From assembly GCA_030704615.1 (NCBI GenBank), contig CM060734.1, forward strand, positions 46,810,001 through 46,874,000: a DNA stretch of 64,000 bases, given 5' to 3'. The DNA comes from Takakia lepidozioides (taxonomy: Eukaryota; Plantae; Bryophyta). The stretch's first letter is position 1. Every line of letters begins with the position of its first letter. The notes under the pieces are model-generated. The model saw only the letters and a list, made by a program, of their open reading frames with translations, was not told the DNA's origin and did no database searches. The translations under genes were made by a program, and so were the position numbers. Shown here in pieces: positions 24,596 to 38,219 of the stretch.

Positions 24596-25165
24596 TGCTT
24601 GCCCTCTTCTACAGCTGGGCACAGGGAGTGTCGTTGAGGCTGAAAAGGGGAAATTTGACCAGGTCATATCCGTTTGTGTTACTTCGAAGGTGTGGGCCAG
24701 CCTGCCAGAAGGTCAAAACAGGTGCATGCTGACATATGAAAGTCTGGCGTCGTGGAGATTGTTGGCTGTGAGGTGGGGATGGGGTTATCATCTTTCCTGG
24801 TAAATGAAGATATGATTGACATATCTCCTCTCCCATAAACTGTCACATTTCCTATAGGAAGTTCTTGTGACGCCCTTGACATGCTGTTGATGTGAATGAA
24901 AGCAGGCTGCAGTAGCAACAATGGAGAATTCAGGGTGTTTGGATTGGGGCAGAGCATACCATGGAAGAGAACAAGGGGCCCAATAGTTCGTGCAGTTGGG
25001 GGAGTTGATGTATGTACTTCCCCACACGGCCTTTGCCTCTCTTCACCATCTGTACCGAAGGTGCATAGATGGAACAAATCTCCAGTCTTTTGGTGTGCTC
25101 TTGTAATTCTGATATGCCCATAGACCCACTTCTCTCTCCTGTCTGTCTTGAGTTCCCCAACAAAA

Positions 25166-28100
25166 ATGAGTTCCCCTCGCCCATGCGGAGGACTTCCAAT
25201 TAATCACCCCTGTAGACAGAACAACCGGGATGACAGGTTGTGGGAAAGAGAAGTGGCACGTGCCCGAGCCCTTGGGCTTTCAAGGATGCCATGCCCATGT
25301 GAACGTTGTTTGGGCACTACAAGTAGATCTGAGGACGGTGTGCGCACACATCTCCTTCACCACAAAAGACATGAAGCATTTCGGGTGTGGATTGGAGATG
25401 GACCTGCAGACGAAGACGATGAGGAGTGGGCACAATTGGACAATGCACACCCCCGAGGGAGCCATACAGACAGGCCAGACGAGGACTATGTCATGGGCGC
25501 AGGACAGGAACCAGGCATGGACGGAGGGGTGGAGATTACTCGAATGTTGCAGGAAGCATTCCACATCATGGACGATGCTGAAGAGGGGGACGGCGCTGCG
25601 ACAACTGGGGATGGTGATGACGCAGGAAATGAAGGCATTCACGTGGGGGAAGGCGTGGAAGGAGGTGGAGATGGAAATGAGAATTCTGCACACATGACAC
25701 TAGAAGAAGCATGTGTGCCACTGTACGAGGGATGCAAATCCACAAAGCTTGCTGCCAAGCATGCTGTTGATGAACCTGTGCACAACCCACGGTGTGTCAG
25801 ACCATTTTGTGGACGAGTTGTTCTCTTTGCTTCGGCTGAACTTGCTTCCACAACCAAATGAAATGCCAAAAAGCTGTCACATGGCCAACAAAATGATTGG
25901 GAAGCTCGGCCTCAACTACGTGAAAATACATGCATGTCCAAAAGGACATGTACTTTTCAGAAGAGAGTACAAGGACGCTATGGAGTGCCCCAAATGCGGT
26001 GCAGCCCGATACCATGATGTGGGCAGGTTACAACAGCCAGCCAAGGTGTTGAGGCACTTTCCCCTTATCCCCCGTCTATTACGAATGTACAAATGCAAGA
26101 CCATTAGTGAGCTCATGACTTGGCATTCCAGGAATGCCTCAAACGATGGTTTGGTAAGGCATGTCCCAGATTCCCTTGCATGGAAGCATATAGATGCAAC
26201 TTGGCCCGATTTCGCCGAGGACCCACGCAATGTGCGATTGGCTGTATCTACGGATGGAGTAAACCCATACGGATCAAAGAGTTGCACATGGTCCACATGG
26301 CCCGTGCAGTTGGTGGCATACAACCTGCCACCATGGTTGACAACAAAGAAATTCTTTGTCATGTTGTCTCTCTTGATTCCAGGCAAGGAGTCCGTGACAA
26401 ATGCAAACATAGATGTGTATTTGCAACCATTGATTGAAGAGCTACAGGAACTATGGATTGGAGTTGAAGCTTACGACATTTTGAAAAACCAGTAGGGCAA
26501 CGGAGTTTCACCCTCCGTGCCATACTCATGTGGTCAATCCACGATTTCCCCGCATATGGCCTTGTTGCGGGTTGCAAGACGAAGGGCTACAAAGGGTGCC
26601 CCATTTGTGGGCCCTATGTGGATTCACGGCACTCAAAGCCATTAGGGAAGACAATATACATGGGGCATCGACGTTACCTTGCAAGAAACCACCCCTACCG
26701 ACGAGCAGGCCGACACTTCAATGGATGTGTTGAAAAGAGAATGGCACCAAATGCTGTGACACCGGAGGAGACATTGCAATTTGCAAAGGAGAAAGAGGCG
26801 TTCATGGAGATTGGAGGGAGAGAAAGAAGTAGTGCGGATCCAGCCATGTCGCACGGGGTGAAGCGCCGGACAATCCTTTGGGATTTGCCATACTGGGGAG
26901 ATTGAAGGGATACGGTCACATCTGTGGCTAAGGCCTGATCCAAATAGACCAGGCAAAGTGCTCATGCCAGCAGCATCATACGTCCTGACCAAATCAGAGC
27001 AAGAGGAATTTTTGAAGACATTGGGAGCCATGAAAGTGCCAACCGGATTCTCGGGTGCTTTCCAAAAGCATGCCATAAACAAGAAATGGTCGGGGATGAA
27101 GTCACATGATCTACACGTGATGATGCAGCAGATTTTGCCAGTGTGCATTCGGGGTACGATGGCGTCGGGTCCTCGAACAGCCATAATGCGTGTAAGTCGA
27201 GTGTTTAGGAAGATTTGTGCGAAGGTGTGGGATCCGAGGGACATTACATCGCTGCATGAGGATGTGGCTGTGACCCTATGTTTGCTGGAGAAAGAATTCC
27301 CTCCATCATTCTTTGACGTCATGACGCACTTGCTAGTGCATCTTGTAGAGGAGCTGCATGTGTGTGGGCCCGTAGCCAGCCGTTGGATGTACCCCATGGA
27401 GAGGTACATGAAGGATCTGAAGGGGTATGTACGCAACATGGCACGGCCAGAGGGGAGTATGGCGGAGGGCTACATCCGCGACGAAGCCCTGGGCTTCATG
27501 ACAGAGTATATGTCTTCATTTGATGCAATACAACGACGGGTGTGGGACGAGAACGAGGAAGAAGGAGTTGTAGGCGAGGTCCTAGAAGGTGGTGGAACAA
27601 AGCGTGCCATGAGCCCGCGCCTTCGGGATGTGGCACATGATTATGTGCTGAACAACACACAACCATGACACCATGGAGACAGTGGGTGTAAACTTTACAT
27701 CCCTCCTGTGCTATTCTTAATGGTCTTTGTATGCATGAATTACATATATATTGTCACAAGTCATTCCGGCCACTATGGGAGTGGGATCGTGTACTAACAG
27801 GGTGCTTCAGACGACAACAGAGGGTGTTTCGTAGTTGGTGTTGTTGCTTGCAAGTGATCATGAAGTAGGCTGCATCACTACAATGTGCTTGAAAGGACAC
27901 ACTCTACATGTGGCATGCATGTACAGTACGGTGTTGGTCAGGGGGACTGAGTTGCAGCTTCTATTTGGTTTCTGCCAGAAAATACGCAGCGGAGAAGGTC
28001 CGCCTGAAAACGGAACGGAGAGCATTTGCAAAAGCATGGCGGAGGGGCGGTCGTAGGCGCAGATCCCCGGTGGAGTACCCGACAACAATGGAGGAGCTGC

Positions 28101-28789
28101 AGCCCTTTACAGTGTGGGTCAGATCTGCAATTGCAGTGTACGCATCAGAGAACGAGGACCCAGATGAGGGCATGGTGAGTCTGTCATTCCCCCCAGGGCT
28201 GATTGCCACTTCGTACCGGTCAATGAAAGCATATGGCAATCACTATAGAGTGGACGATGCCAACACCAGCCTCCTGGTGACTTATGACAGCGGAGTGGCA
28301 TCATTTTTTGAACAAGAGAGTAGGAGCTGTGCACGAGATCGGAATCCAATTTCATGCCATGTGCAATATGTAGGAGTGATCAAAGAGATCCTTAAACTAG
28401 ACTATGGTCTTGTGAAGCCAATTCTATTCCGTTGTTCTTGGGTAAAAGCCAATATGGTAGGAGAGAATGCCACCATGAAACGGGATGAGTACGGGTTCCT
28501 CCTTGCTGATTTCAGAAAAATGCTACCACAAGATGAAGAGCCATTCATCTTCCCATCGCAAGTTGAGCAAGTTTTCTTTTCAGATGACATCCATGCGCCG
28601 GGATGGAAGGTGGTTCTTCACAAGGACCCCCGGGCCAAACGAGTCGTTGCCGACGTCCATGATCTGGACCTAGGGGAGAATGCCGACCACGAGGGTCTGA
28701 GGGAACCACGAAATCTACCAGATACGGCCGAACCAGTCTCTTTGGAAGGAGCAGTTACCTTTAATGAGGAAGACATTCAGGGTTGGTAA
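25166..28789 (+). pseudogene. CACTA Tnp2/TnpD transposase (transposase-associated domain, Transposase_21, DUF4218, DUF4216), frameshifted
   Basis: CPCERC, IHACP, CPKC, STDGVNPYG, IHDFPAYG, MKSHDLH, MYPMERYM, PEGSMAEGY, EPFIFPSQVEQVFF; breaks at about 25750, 26490 and 26900; intron at about 27680-27978. Confidence 0.93.
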
Positions 28790-30849
28790 TTACCGCCAGG
28801 CAAATTGCAGATGTGGGTAGTGAAGGGGAAGATTATTTGGATACGGATAGTGAGCCCAGCTGAATCTCAGTGTCCATTAAGCCAGCAGCTCATAGACGAG
28901 AGCTATGCTAAGGACTCTTACTGTCCTTAGAACCCATTTTGTACAGTCCTGCTTATAAGCAAGGGCGAGACAGTTAATAGTATCGATAATGTATGGGTAT
29001 GTGGTCACTGACTGTCTTGTGAACAAACCTTTTTTTGTTCTGCCCATATTGTTTCTGACATGTGAGGAGAGGATCGTCTTCATGTACGGGAAGTAGACGT
29101 GAATGTGTGCATGCATTTTCTGGCCCATCTGCATGCTTTCCAGGAACAAAGACCAGTGGAATGGGGGGTGTCTCCAAAGGAGCAGGACCGAACGACACCT
29201 TTTTGTGCTTCCCTTGCTTTCCTTCTCACCGTTGTTGCATTCTCCCACCTGCCCAACAGCAGCACTCTCGAAGCAATAGCATGACATATGTTCACACATG
29301 GTCTTCTTCACCAGTGAATGAGCTTTTATGCTACATGTACTGCCCCGTCCACATTAACGTTGATCCCTGCAAGCACTTGGCAAGACACCCCAGAGCCGCA
29401 AATCCAGCAACCACCACAAACACATCTAATTGATTGTAGTGACACGGGAATAGCTCACTTGTAGAGGAATTGAACCTCCAGCCAAATGAATGGCTCTGCC
29501 CCTTGTAGCACAAGTGCGATGCAAAAACAAGGTGAGTACAAAATGAAGAAGCACTTACGAGGTCCCCATCCCTGGGATGGGCTCCCACTTCTGCTCTGGA
29601 ACTGTGCAGGCCTGAGTAGCACCAAATTGCATGAATCCTAAGCCTGAATGTCAAATGCAGGTTTATGTCGCGATGTAGCACGCCATCATCTTACCTGTAG
29701 TTTCCAGTTTCACTGGTGTCACATTTGCCTTCAAGTCAACATCAAAATTAAGTCCACCTATGCGCAAATCGCAGAATCTCTCATGACACCATCTGCGTAC
29801 CGAAAAATTGGTTTGGCATGATATAATTGTAGTTCACAACCTTAATGAACGCTTTCAGCTTTTACCTCTCTGTGCGCTCCATCGTGCCTCCATCCAGCAC
29901 ATTCTGTAAATGTTGAATGACCAAGAACCCGATGTCACACCGTTCTGAGAAGCCACTACGCGCGCTCACAGTATACGAAGGCCTTGCCGTGTTAGGATTT
30001 GCATTCCCACGTCCCGCCATGTCCGACGCAGCACTTGCATCCTTGCCAGACAGGCCAGGTGGAGGCAACATGTATTAAAATATCTATTCCCCCAAGGCCA
30101 CATTTTGTTTACCTCTTTTTGTGAAAGCCACGTCAGCAAATGTGCTGCCGAGTCATGGGTGCAATGAATGCGCAGTGGTTCATGGAGTCGTTGAGTCGAC
30201 TACATATTCACTTTAATGAATAAATATCTTTATTCCATTAATCGAATTAGGAATGAAAATTTGTAGTCGCATGTGCAGTAATTACAACCACTTGCAATTT
30301 TGGCCCGGAGTGGTCGCGGACATGCAGTCGATTCGAAAAAGACACGAATGCTTCTAGTGATATGTATGATACAGGTACAAAATGCATATTTGAAATAAGT
30401 TGCAATAACATGAGATGTTGAATGAGTGTTGGGCAAATGAACCCAAAACATAGTAGACATGATAGAACAAGCAATCCAATAACAAGTTATAGGCTCCTAA
30501 TATGGAGATAAGATAAAACAATTGATGAACACCACAAAATAAGTTGAAATTCACCATTATCCAAAAGTACAAAAATTTATTCCGTTTATGCAATTCATTC
30601 AATCTGTACTTAATGGAGGATTTGAATCTCAGTCCAAATGACCTTGTCCATTGCAACATATAGTCTTTGTACATACAACTGAATGCTTGTCAAAGATCGT
30701 GGAAATAAAATAGTTCAAGTTGGCTCAAAACTCCCAAACAACTAAGAAGATTATATATCACATAACACATTACAAGACATGTCATTGACATTACCCAAAA
30801 GAACTAAGCATCAATAGCTCTACATGTCATCTTTTCTATCCAATTAGTG

Positions 30850-31350
30850 ATAGTCTTTTTATAAAATAACATCCTTTTGTTGTAAAGTTATGTGCATACA
30901 TATGAATAGTTGTATTCAAGTGACCAACCGAGTGATTTGCACAACTTATTCTTGATAATACCAATGAATGTGTGTTCGTCCTCAACGCTGTCAAACACTA
31001 TTAACCACTGCAATTTCAGCAAGCTTCATGAACTCACCAAATGCATTGAACAATGAGGTCATTTGTAGAGCGTTGCTGCCACAATTTAATTGTCACTAGA
31101 GTGATGTCAAAAGGCTCATCCATGGCTTGTATTTTCACTGTTATATTTTTTTAAATAATTGCAGATACACAGAAAATTACCATTGAGGAGTTTAGAAATC
31201 CATATGTAGGTGTTATTTTTTTAGAAACATAATAAGTTTGTTTGATGACCATTACGTATAAATGAAATGTATCCTTACACTCGAGCCGTAGTAAGTAGTA
31301 TCGGAATACACCATCCCAAGGACATTTAAGAGTTTGAAAACATTATTTCA
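30850..31350 (-). pseudogene. hAT (ZNF862-like) transposase C-terminal remnant
   Basis: Manual minus-strand translation gives LNVLGMVY, AMDEPFD, KLW, FGEFMKLAEIAV, FDSVEDE, KNKL. Confidence 0.7.
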
Positions 31351-32339
31351 ATCTCACTCACAAAGAGGTCTACCGTTGCAGCACACTGCCCTTTTCAAGA
31401 TCGGGTCGCTGACAAAGAAATTCAGCCTACAGAGTTTTACCAGTAAGTCGGAGCAAGCGCAAAACATAGTCAATTGCATAGCCTGAGGGATTTCACTTTG
31501 ACCTTGCAGGTGGCTTACAAAGCCAGTCTCGGTGTACACATGATACATACCTCCGTCATCGGGAGAGAAATTACATTCCAGCAAAACGCGCTTTTCATAT
31601 GGCGGGTGCAATGAATCTCAAGTCTTATGGCCAGATCCAGCATGGAGGGATAACAAAACTAACAAGAAGCTCTAGAACAGACAAGGATAACATACATCGA
31701 AATTATTTCTTCACAACCTGACAAAAATTCTGCAGCTTGATTTTACATGCTGGGAAGGACTGTTGGGCTTTTGGACATCCTGAAAGGGTGTGATCTTTCA
31801 TGAAAGATCACACTCAAGAGCTATGGAAGAACACTTAGATGTGGCGTGGGCCTTAGAAGTGTACTTTGAAAAACATACACCCAGCTGCAATGAAACACCC
31901 CGGAAAATTTGACCTAGAGCAGTTTAAGCGGCATCTCAAGATCGACGAACAGTTCAAGATGAGCCCATATGTGAGTCCTCGGTAACAAAACGGAAGTTCT
32001 TCCAAATTCTATGAATTTTTTTTTAAAGAAGATGAATGTTGAGAGAGTAGAAATATGGGGCAGCTCGTCCGACCATAGTCATGGTGGCGGGTTGTATCCT
32101 AGATCGAGAGGTGGTCCAAGGTCACCCAATATCAGAGGTACCGCACTAAGGCACGTTGGAAGGCCTGGAGAAGAGGATCTGTCAGTAAAGTTTGAAACTG
32201 AAAGACCCGAAGAAGAACAGGGAATCTCCTCCCTCCGAAGCATAACAGAACATTCCTTCAACTCTTCCCGAGGAAAATCACTTGCTGGATAAAAACCCAA
32301 TGAAAATAATGAAGGGAGAGAATGTAGTGCTCCAATTCT

Positions 32340-33690
32340 TAACGAATACTACATTGCAGAAGAAAAATTGAATGCCCCAGTCTGTGCAGACTTCATTGGC
32401 CCTGTAGAAATCAAAGAATTTGGTCCAGGATGCGGCCGTGGATTGGTCCTCACCAGTGATGTAGCAGCAGGAGACTTGCTGCTGGTGAGTAACCCCCTTG
32501 CAAGGATTTCCAAGGTGGAGACTGAAGTTGTTGAAGGGGAAACCACTTTCGAAACAGGGTGCTGGACATGAAGCCATGTCCTGGCCAATCAGCTTGTCAG
32601 TGTCATTTGCTCAAGGGCTATGAGGTCCTCTCATGACAAAGAGTTGCTATCTATGTTATGCAATCAGGGGGGTGAAGCTCTTCCTGTTCCTTCCATGAAC
32701 TTTTTCTCTCCAAAAGGCACTGACTCACCTTTGCAAAACCGTGGGGAAGTGCTCAACGAGCAACCACTGGACCTAGCTGTACTGGTGTCACTCACTCGAG
32801 CGGAAACAGAAAGAATTTGTGGAGTGGTCCAATGCAATGCATTTGGTCATACATGTGTCAGTAAGAAGAGTGAGAAAGAAATCACCTGGAGTTGGAGCTG
32901 CGCGCATCTGGACGCAACCCTCATTCATGAAACATTCTTGCATTCCTAATGTAGCCACAGTGGTGGTGGGGGAAACTATGATCGTTGTAGCAGCTCGTAA
33001 ATTGCAGGTGCAAAATGAACTTACTGTTGCTTACTTCGACATATTCAGGCCTCTGGCAGAGCGCCGCATCAGTATGCTCCATAGCTGGAACTTTGTCTGT
33101 GCTTGTCCGCAGTGTCAACTAGAAGAGAGCCTACAAGGTACACTCAGTATTTTATCTCAAGCTTACGCCTTCTGTGAAGCAGAGGCAGCTCTGGCACTTC
33201 GCGCTCTTCACATGGGTAGTCCATCTGATGACACATGAAGCCCAAATTATGTATTGCATCTTGCACGTTTGAAGAAATTCTGCAGCAATTGTTGTATGAT
33301 GAACCAAACATTTCAAAAAAAAAACGAGGCTGGATTCGGGCTTCTTTTCTATCAGCCTTACTGGCTGATGGAAAAAGATTGATGATCATACCACACGAAA
33401 GTCGCAAAACTAAGCTCGTCCGCAAATCTCACATAAAGATTGCTTTGGACGTTGCTGAGGCAGTCACTTACGGGCACCAACAAACGCTGCAAATTGTCAC
33501 AGTCTTGCAGGAAAGAGCGAGCCATGCATTTGACAGACAATCTTGTTTTGTTCAAAAAGCCAATATAAGGGCACTGAGAATTTGCTTGCGTTTGTTTAGA
33601 CATCAGAGTGAGGAAGCCCTCCAAAAAATAATTACTCTTGCAACTATGGATGTTCTGTCTTCTAGTGTTATCTTCTTAAGTGGGCAATAA
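32340..33690 (+). pseudogene. SET-domain (SMYD / SDG35-ATXR1-like) methyltransferase pseudogene
   Basis: ADFIGPVEI...GRGLVLTSDVAAGDLLLV, CNAF, SFMKHSCIPN, ELTVAY, WNFVCACPQC; stop and frameshifts. Confidence 0.85.
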
Positions 33691-34550
33691 TTGATGCTTA
33701 AGCAAAGTCTTCCATATTCATTGCATATGGTTGTCCGATCAATGGTGACATTAAATGATTCATGTAAGATTTTCCCATGATACAATTTAATGTCAAAGTG
33801 TTCATTGTGATTGTTGAGGTCAGTAAACATATATTGGATAATTTTACATGATGAATTGGAAACCACATCAGTGAAGTCCGAAAGTTTTTAGGCTTAAAAG
33901 CAGTTGATGGATGTGAATACATCATATACACATCGGCTTGATATATCTTGATAGCAGCCACAAAATCACAAATAAATATATCTTTTCATGATTGAGCAAA
34001 TTTGATGAGAGATTTGACAGCCTCCAACAAAGGCAAACCAAACCCAACATGGTTTGAACATCGCACAAAAAGTCCAAATTTGTCATCGTTGCTACAACTA
34101 ATCTACTGTGAAGTGACATTTTCACAACCAAGGTTTTATACTTTACTAGTACTATTTCCAAGGGCTCGAACATGCTAATCCATATTATCTTTATCTTCCA
34201 TAATATATTAACTTTATTATTTCCACAATCTCGGCACTTAATAAAATCAAAATCACGTTCGAGAAGCTGGAAAAATACCCATAGAATAAATTGGAGGAGA
34301 TCCTCCAACTCAGAGACCATCAATAAATTAAATAACATTTGTACATTCAAGTTTGTGCAATGAGCCATACAATTGATGTCAATTACGTTGGGTGCAAGCT
34401 GATCTCTAAGTTGTACAGTCATGCAGATACCTTGGAAGACTGAGATCTTATGTGTTCTCAAACACAGAAGTCGCTCACTAATATGATGTTCAGATAAGCC
34501 ACCAAACGTCATCATCATCAGCCATTTGAGGTTATCATCATTGCCCCTTT
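33691..34550 (-). pseudogene. hAT (ZNF862-like) transposase middle remnant
   Basis: CMAHCTNLNVQ, WISM, YKTLVVKM, VAAIKIYQ. Confidence 0.75.
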
Positions 34551-35394
34551 CAAGAACACATACAAGTGTAACCTAACATTATTGCAAAAAGAGAGACTAG
34601 CGATGCCTATCCGCCATGATCCCGAAATGACTGCGACGGAAGCATCATGGGCTGAGATGGGACGTTTGACAATGTAGATGTGAGGGACAGATATATAGCA
34701 AAAGGTAGAGAACAAATGATGACAGAGAATAAAAAGATGATAGAGAATAGAGGGCAAGGGAGGGTGAACCAGATAGCAAATGAGGGGATCGTCCCCTTAG
34801 CTATACGACCGTATGACGTTGCAAATGAAAAATTTAAACAAACACAAATATTTTTATATATACTACTAAACACAAAATGTAACAGACAATTTTTTAATGT
34901 GATTGTTGGCTATTTTGGAGTGACTTAATGACACAGAGGCCATGAATTCATATATATCTTTAAGTACAATGAACATATAATATTAGTGTGAAAGACTTAA
35001 TATTGACCTATCAGGTTCACTCTAAGATGTTCTATGATCGCAACGCATGTGTTTGCAGACTTTGCAATGCTATCGTGACAAAATTGCGACCCCCAGACAT
35101 TGCGACCATGTGTGTGTAGACTTTGCATTAGACCCGACGATTAAACTTTTCATCTGTCCTAACAATAGATTCAACGTAGATTAGTTGACAGCTCAGTTGT
35201 TCTAGAAATCATGGTTGATATCATAAACTTTATGACATTTTCTTGTCACTTTAATTGAAATTAACAACAGTCTCAAGCTTGGGACAATCCACAACATGGC
35301 TAGACGACGCAATACTTGTTGCATGAACTCTATTGTTAGAACAATACTTGTACTTGGAAGTTATTGGGCACTTTTAGGGGCATGACATACAGAT

Positions 35395-37290
35395 CCGATT
35401 GCACACTGACATGACGTTAGGTCGTGTCAAATTGTGTAAGATCTGATGCTAACATGGGCTTGAGTCACGTCAGTTTTGTATGAAAACAAGTTAAAAATAT
35501 AGAAAATAAGAAAAAGATGTCACATACGCTAAGAAATAGGAAAAAACAGCCACGTGACGTAAACAAACAATTAAAAAATTTCATGTCAGTTGTGATAATT
35601 AGTCAGCTTTGTAATACAAGACCGTAAGAGCAAGAGGTCCCGAATTATTAAATATTTTTCTAAAAATCGAGACCGTTTGCTTTAGCGGTCTGATTTCATC
35701 CATGAAAAAATTGGAAATTTACAACACACTGGTGTCATATAATCAGATTATTGAGAGCAAATGCCTATATATATTTAAAATATCGAGAACACCAATAATC
35801 GAGAACACTACTACGTCGGCGTCACGTCCCAAGTTACGTCTTCACATGCGTCACATCACCTTAAAAAATGATTTTACGTGGTGTATTTTTTCTTTAAACA
35901 ATATCGTGGTTATTTTTTCCACTAATGTTCTACCTATTTTATTATTAATTTGATTAAAAAGGTCTCCGTCCCTTTTCCTTAAAATAAAATAAAATAAAAA
36001 CAAAAAAGTAAATCGGGATGGCCAGCTCTAGCGGTCCAAGGAAAATATTTCGGGATCGTATACTCGGGCGTTCCTGATGTTTAAAAGTTATTTAATAAAT
36101 TTGGGACTGTCAGTTCTGAAGCTCTCCATTTAAAAAAATATATCTAATAAATTCGGAACAGCCAGCTTTTGCACTTCATTTTTAAAAAACAAATCTAATT
36201 AAATGGGGCTGCCAGCTCTGACAGTCCCAAATATTATTTTGTATTTTTTTCTTTCCGGATAAAATCAGTATCGCTAGCTCGGGTAGTCCCGATTTTTTTA
36301 AAATATTTTACAGGCGGTCCCACTTTATTAGGAAAAAAACAATAGGGACCGCCATCACTGTCGGTCATGGATTTCATAAAAAAAACATTTAAAGAAATTA
36401 CAATAATCGGGACCGCAAGGTTTGACGGTCACATATTCAATACAATAAAAAGTAAGATAAATCAGGACAGCCACCTCTGGCGTCCCAAATTAAACAATCG
36501 GGACCGCCACTTTTTGCCGTCCCGTATATAATTTAAAAATTAAAAATTTAGCTCTAACGTTCCTGAATTTAATAATAATAAAAAGACAATCAGCTCTGAA
36601 TATTTTGATTATATATATATATATAATAAATCAAGAGCGCCAACTTTGACGGCCCCAAATCATTAGCCGAGAAACTATCATAGCTAACTTTTCGTATTTT
36701 TATTAAGCTGAGACATTATCATAGCTGATTTTCCATATTTTTTTTAGCTTATGTGACATCTCTCTTTTACCTCATATTTTTTTTAAATTCTTTTGGTATA
36801 AAATTGACGTGACGTAGGCCCATATCAGCGTCAGATCCGATGTGACCTGACGGTTGAAAGTATGATGTGACCTAAAGGTACAAGAAAGATGTCACATAAG
36901 CTAAAAAAATACAAAAAAAAAACCAATTGGCCTAAATAAACAACCAAAGAAATACCAAGTCACCTATGATAAATTTTTAGCTTAATAGTTTAGGTCCGCT
37001 ATAGCTGACATCACATCAGTGTGCAACCTTAGAAAAGAAATAATAAATTGGACCGCCGGAGCTAGCGGTCCATATGTTTTTTATTTTTTATTTATTTAAA
37101 TTAAAATCAAAACCACCAAAGTTGGTGGTCCGTTTTATTTTTTATTTTTTATTTTTTAATAAATAAATTAAATAAATTAAATTATTTAATAATGAAATGA
37201 GCATCGCCAGAACTGACGATCTTTTTTTAATATTTTCAATTTTTGAAATCCAGAGTGCCAGCTCTGGTGGTCTCGATTTCATGAAAACAA
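35395..37290. repeat. Foldback-like AT-rich element with roughly 18 degenerate GC-rich palindromes
   Basis: Inverted arms at 35440-35540 and 36735-36840; palindrome consensus approximately AATCGGGACCGCCAGCTCTGGCGGTCCCGATT. Confidence 0.7.
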
Positions 37291-37339
37291 AAATGCGCTG
37301 GTAAAACAATTCTCGTTGAAGTCTCTTGAAATCGTTGAA

Positions 37340-38219
37340 CATCTATGTGATTGTTGTGATGAATTCTTGACGCAATTTTGCCAACGGCGAATGTCTCCAA
37401 GACCATGTTATTACCCAATACAATGTTCATGAGGCGTTGGAATGTAGGTGTAGCATTGCAGAGACCAAATGACATTGTCTCATATTGGTATGTACCCATG
37501 GACACACAAATGAAGTCTTCTCTTTGGCTGCATTAGTGAGAGGGACTTGCCAAAAACCAGACGCAAGATCAAGAGAGGAAAAAATGGTAGCACCATGTAG
37601 TTGATCCAAGGTCTCATTAATCATAGGGAAATGATATGCATCATTTTTGGTGATGTCATTCAGTTTCCTGAAGTCAACACAAAAGCGGGTGGTGCCATCT
37701 TTTTTCCGAAATAGAACAATTGGATTGACCCAAGGAGAAACTGATGATTTGATAATACCAGCATTTAATATTTTCTGCACTTCATCTTGAACTATGATAC
37801 GCTTCTTGACACTCTCTAGGTATGCAAATTGCTCAATAGGAGGTCCATCACTCACGATATCATGCTGAAGGATGGGAGTGCGCCCCAGGCTGAAGACATC
37901 TAGATTTTTGGTAATAACATCTTCACTATTTTCTTTTGGCCTGACGAAAGGGTAGTGCCTAATTTGATTTCAGACAGAACTTTGGTGAGAGCAGCCTTAC
38001 CTTCAGGGCTCAAATCAGGGGAGGTGGTAGAGCAACTGCAATAAAAGCATCCATAGGGCCATGTTGAATGCCAATGGCCTCCAGTCCAAAGCCAACTTGC
38101 ACTTCTCGTATTTTAGCAATGGGTAAGGCAGTAATGGGAGCCATGACCTGTCCATTCTTAATTGTCACAAGAAAGCGCTCAGGATTAACAATTAAAATCT
38201 TGACCTCCTGCCTTTAACC
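37340..38219 (-). pseudogene. Ty3/gypsy RT fragment
   Basis: SPWVNPIVL, RFCVDFRKLN, FSSLDLASGFWQV, MSFGLCNATPTFQR. Confidence 0.88.

Larger units (their letters stand above)
15338..30359 (+). mobile_element. Complete CACTA (En/Spm) DNA transposon, ~15.0 kb
   Basis: Perfect 19-bp TIRs CACTAGAAGCATTCGTGTC (15338-15356 and 30341-30359); 3-bp flanks ATG/ATA (one mismatch); internal Tnp2 gene. Confidence 0.93.

Noticed and set aside
35620-37290. CRISPR array (palindromic repeats with unique spacers)
   Set aside because: Eukaryotic context, no cas genes, highly degenerate repeats, and low-complexity A/T spacers of irregular length
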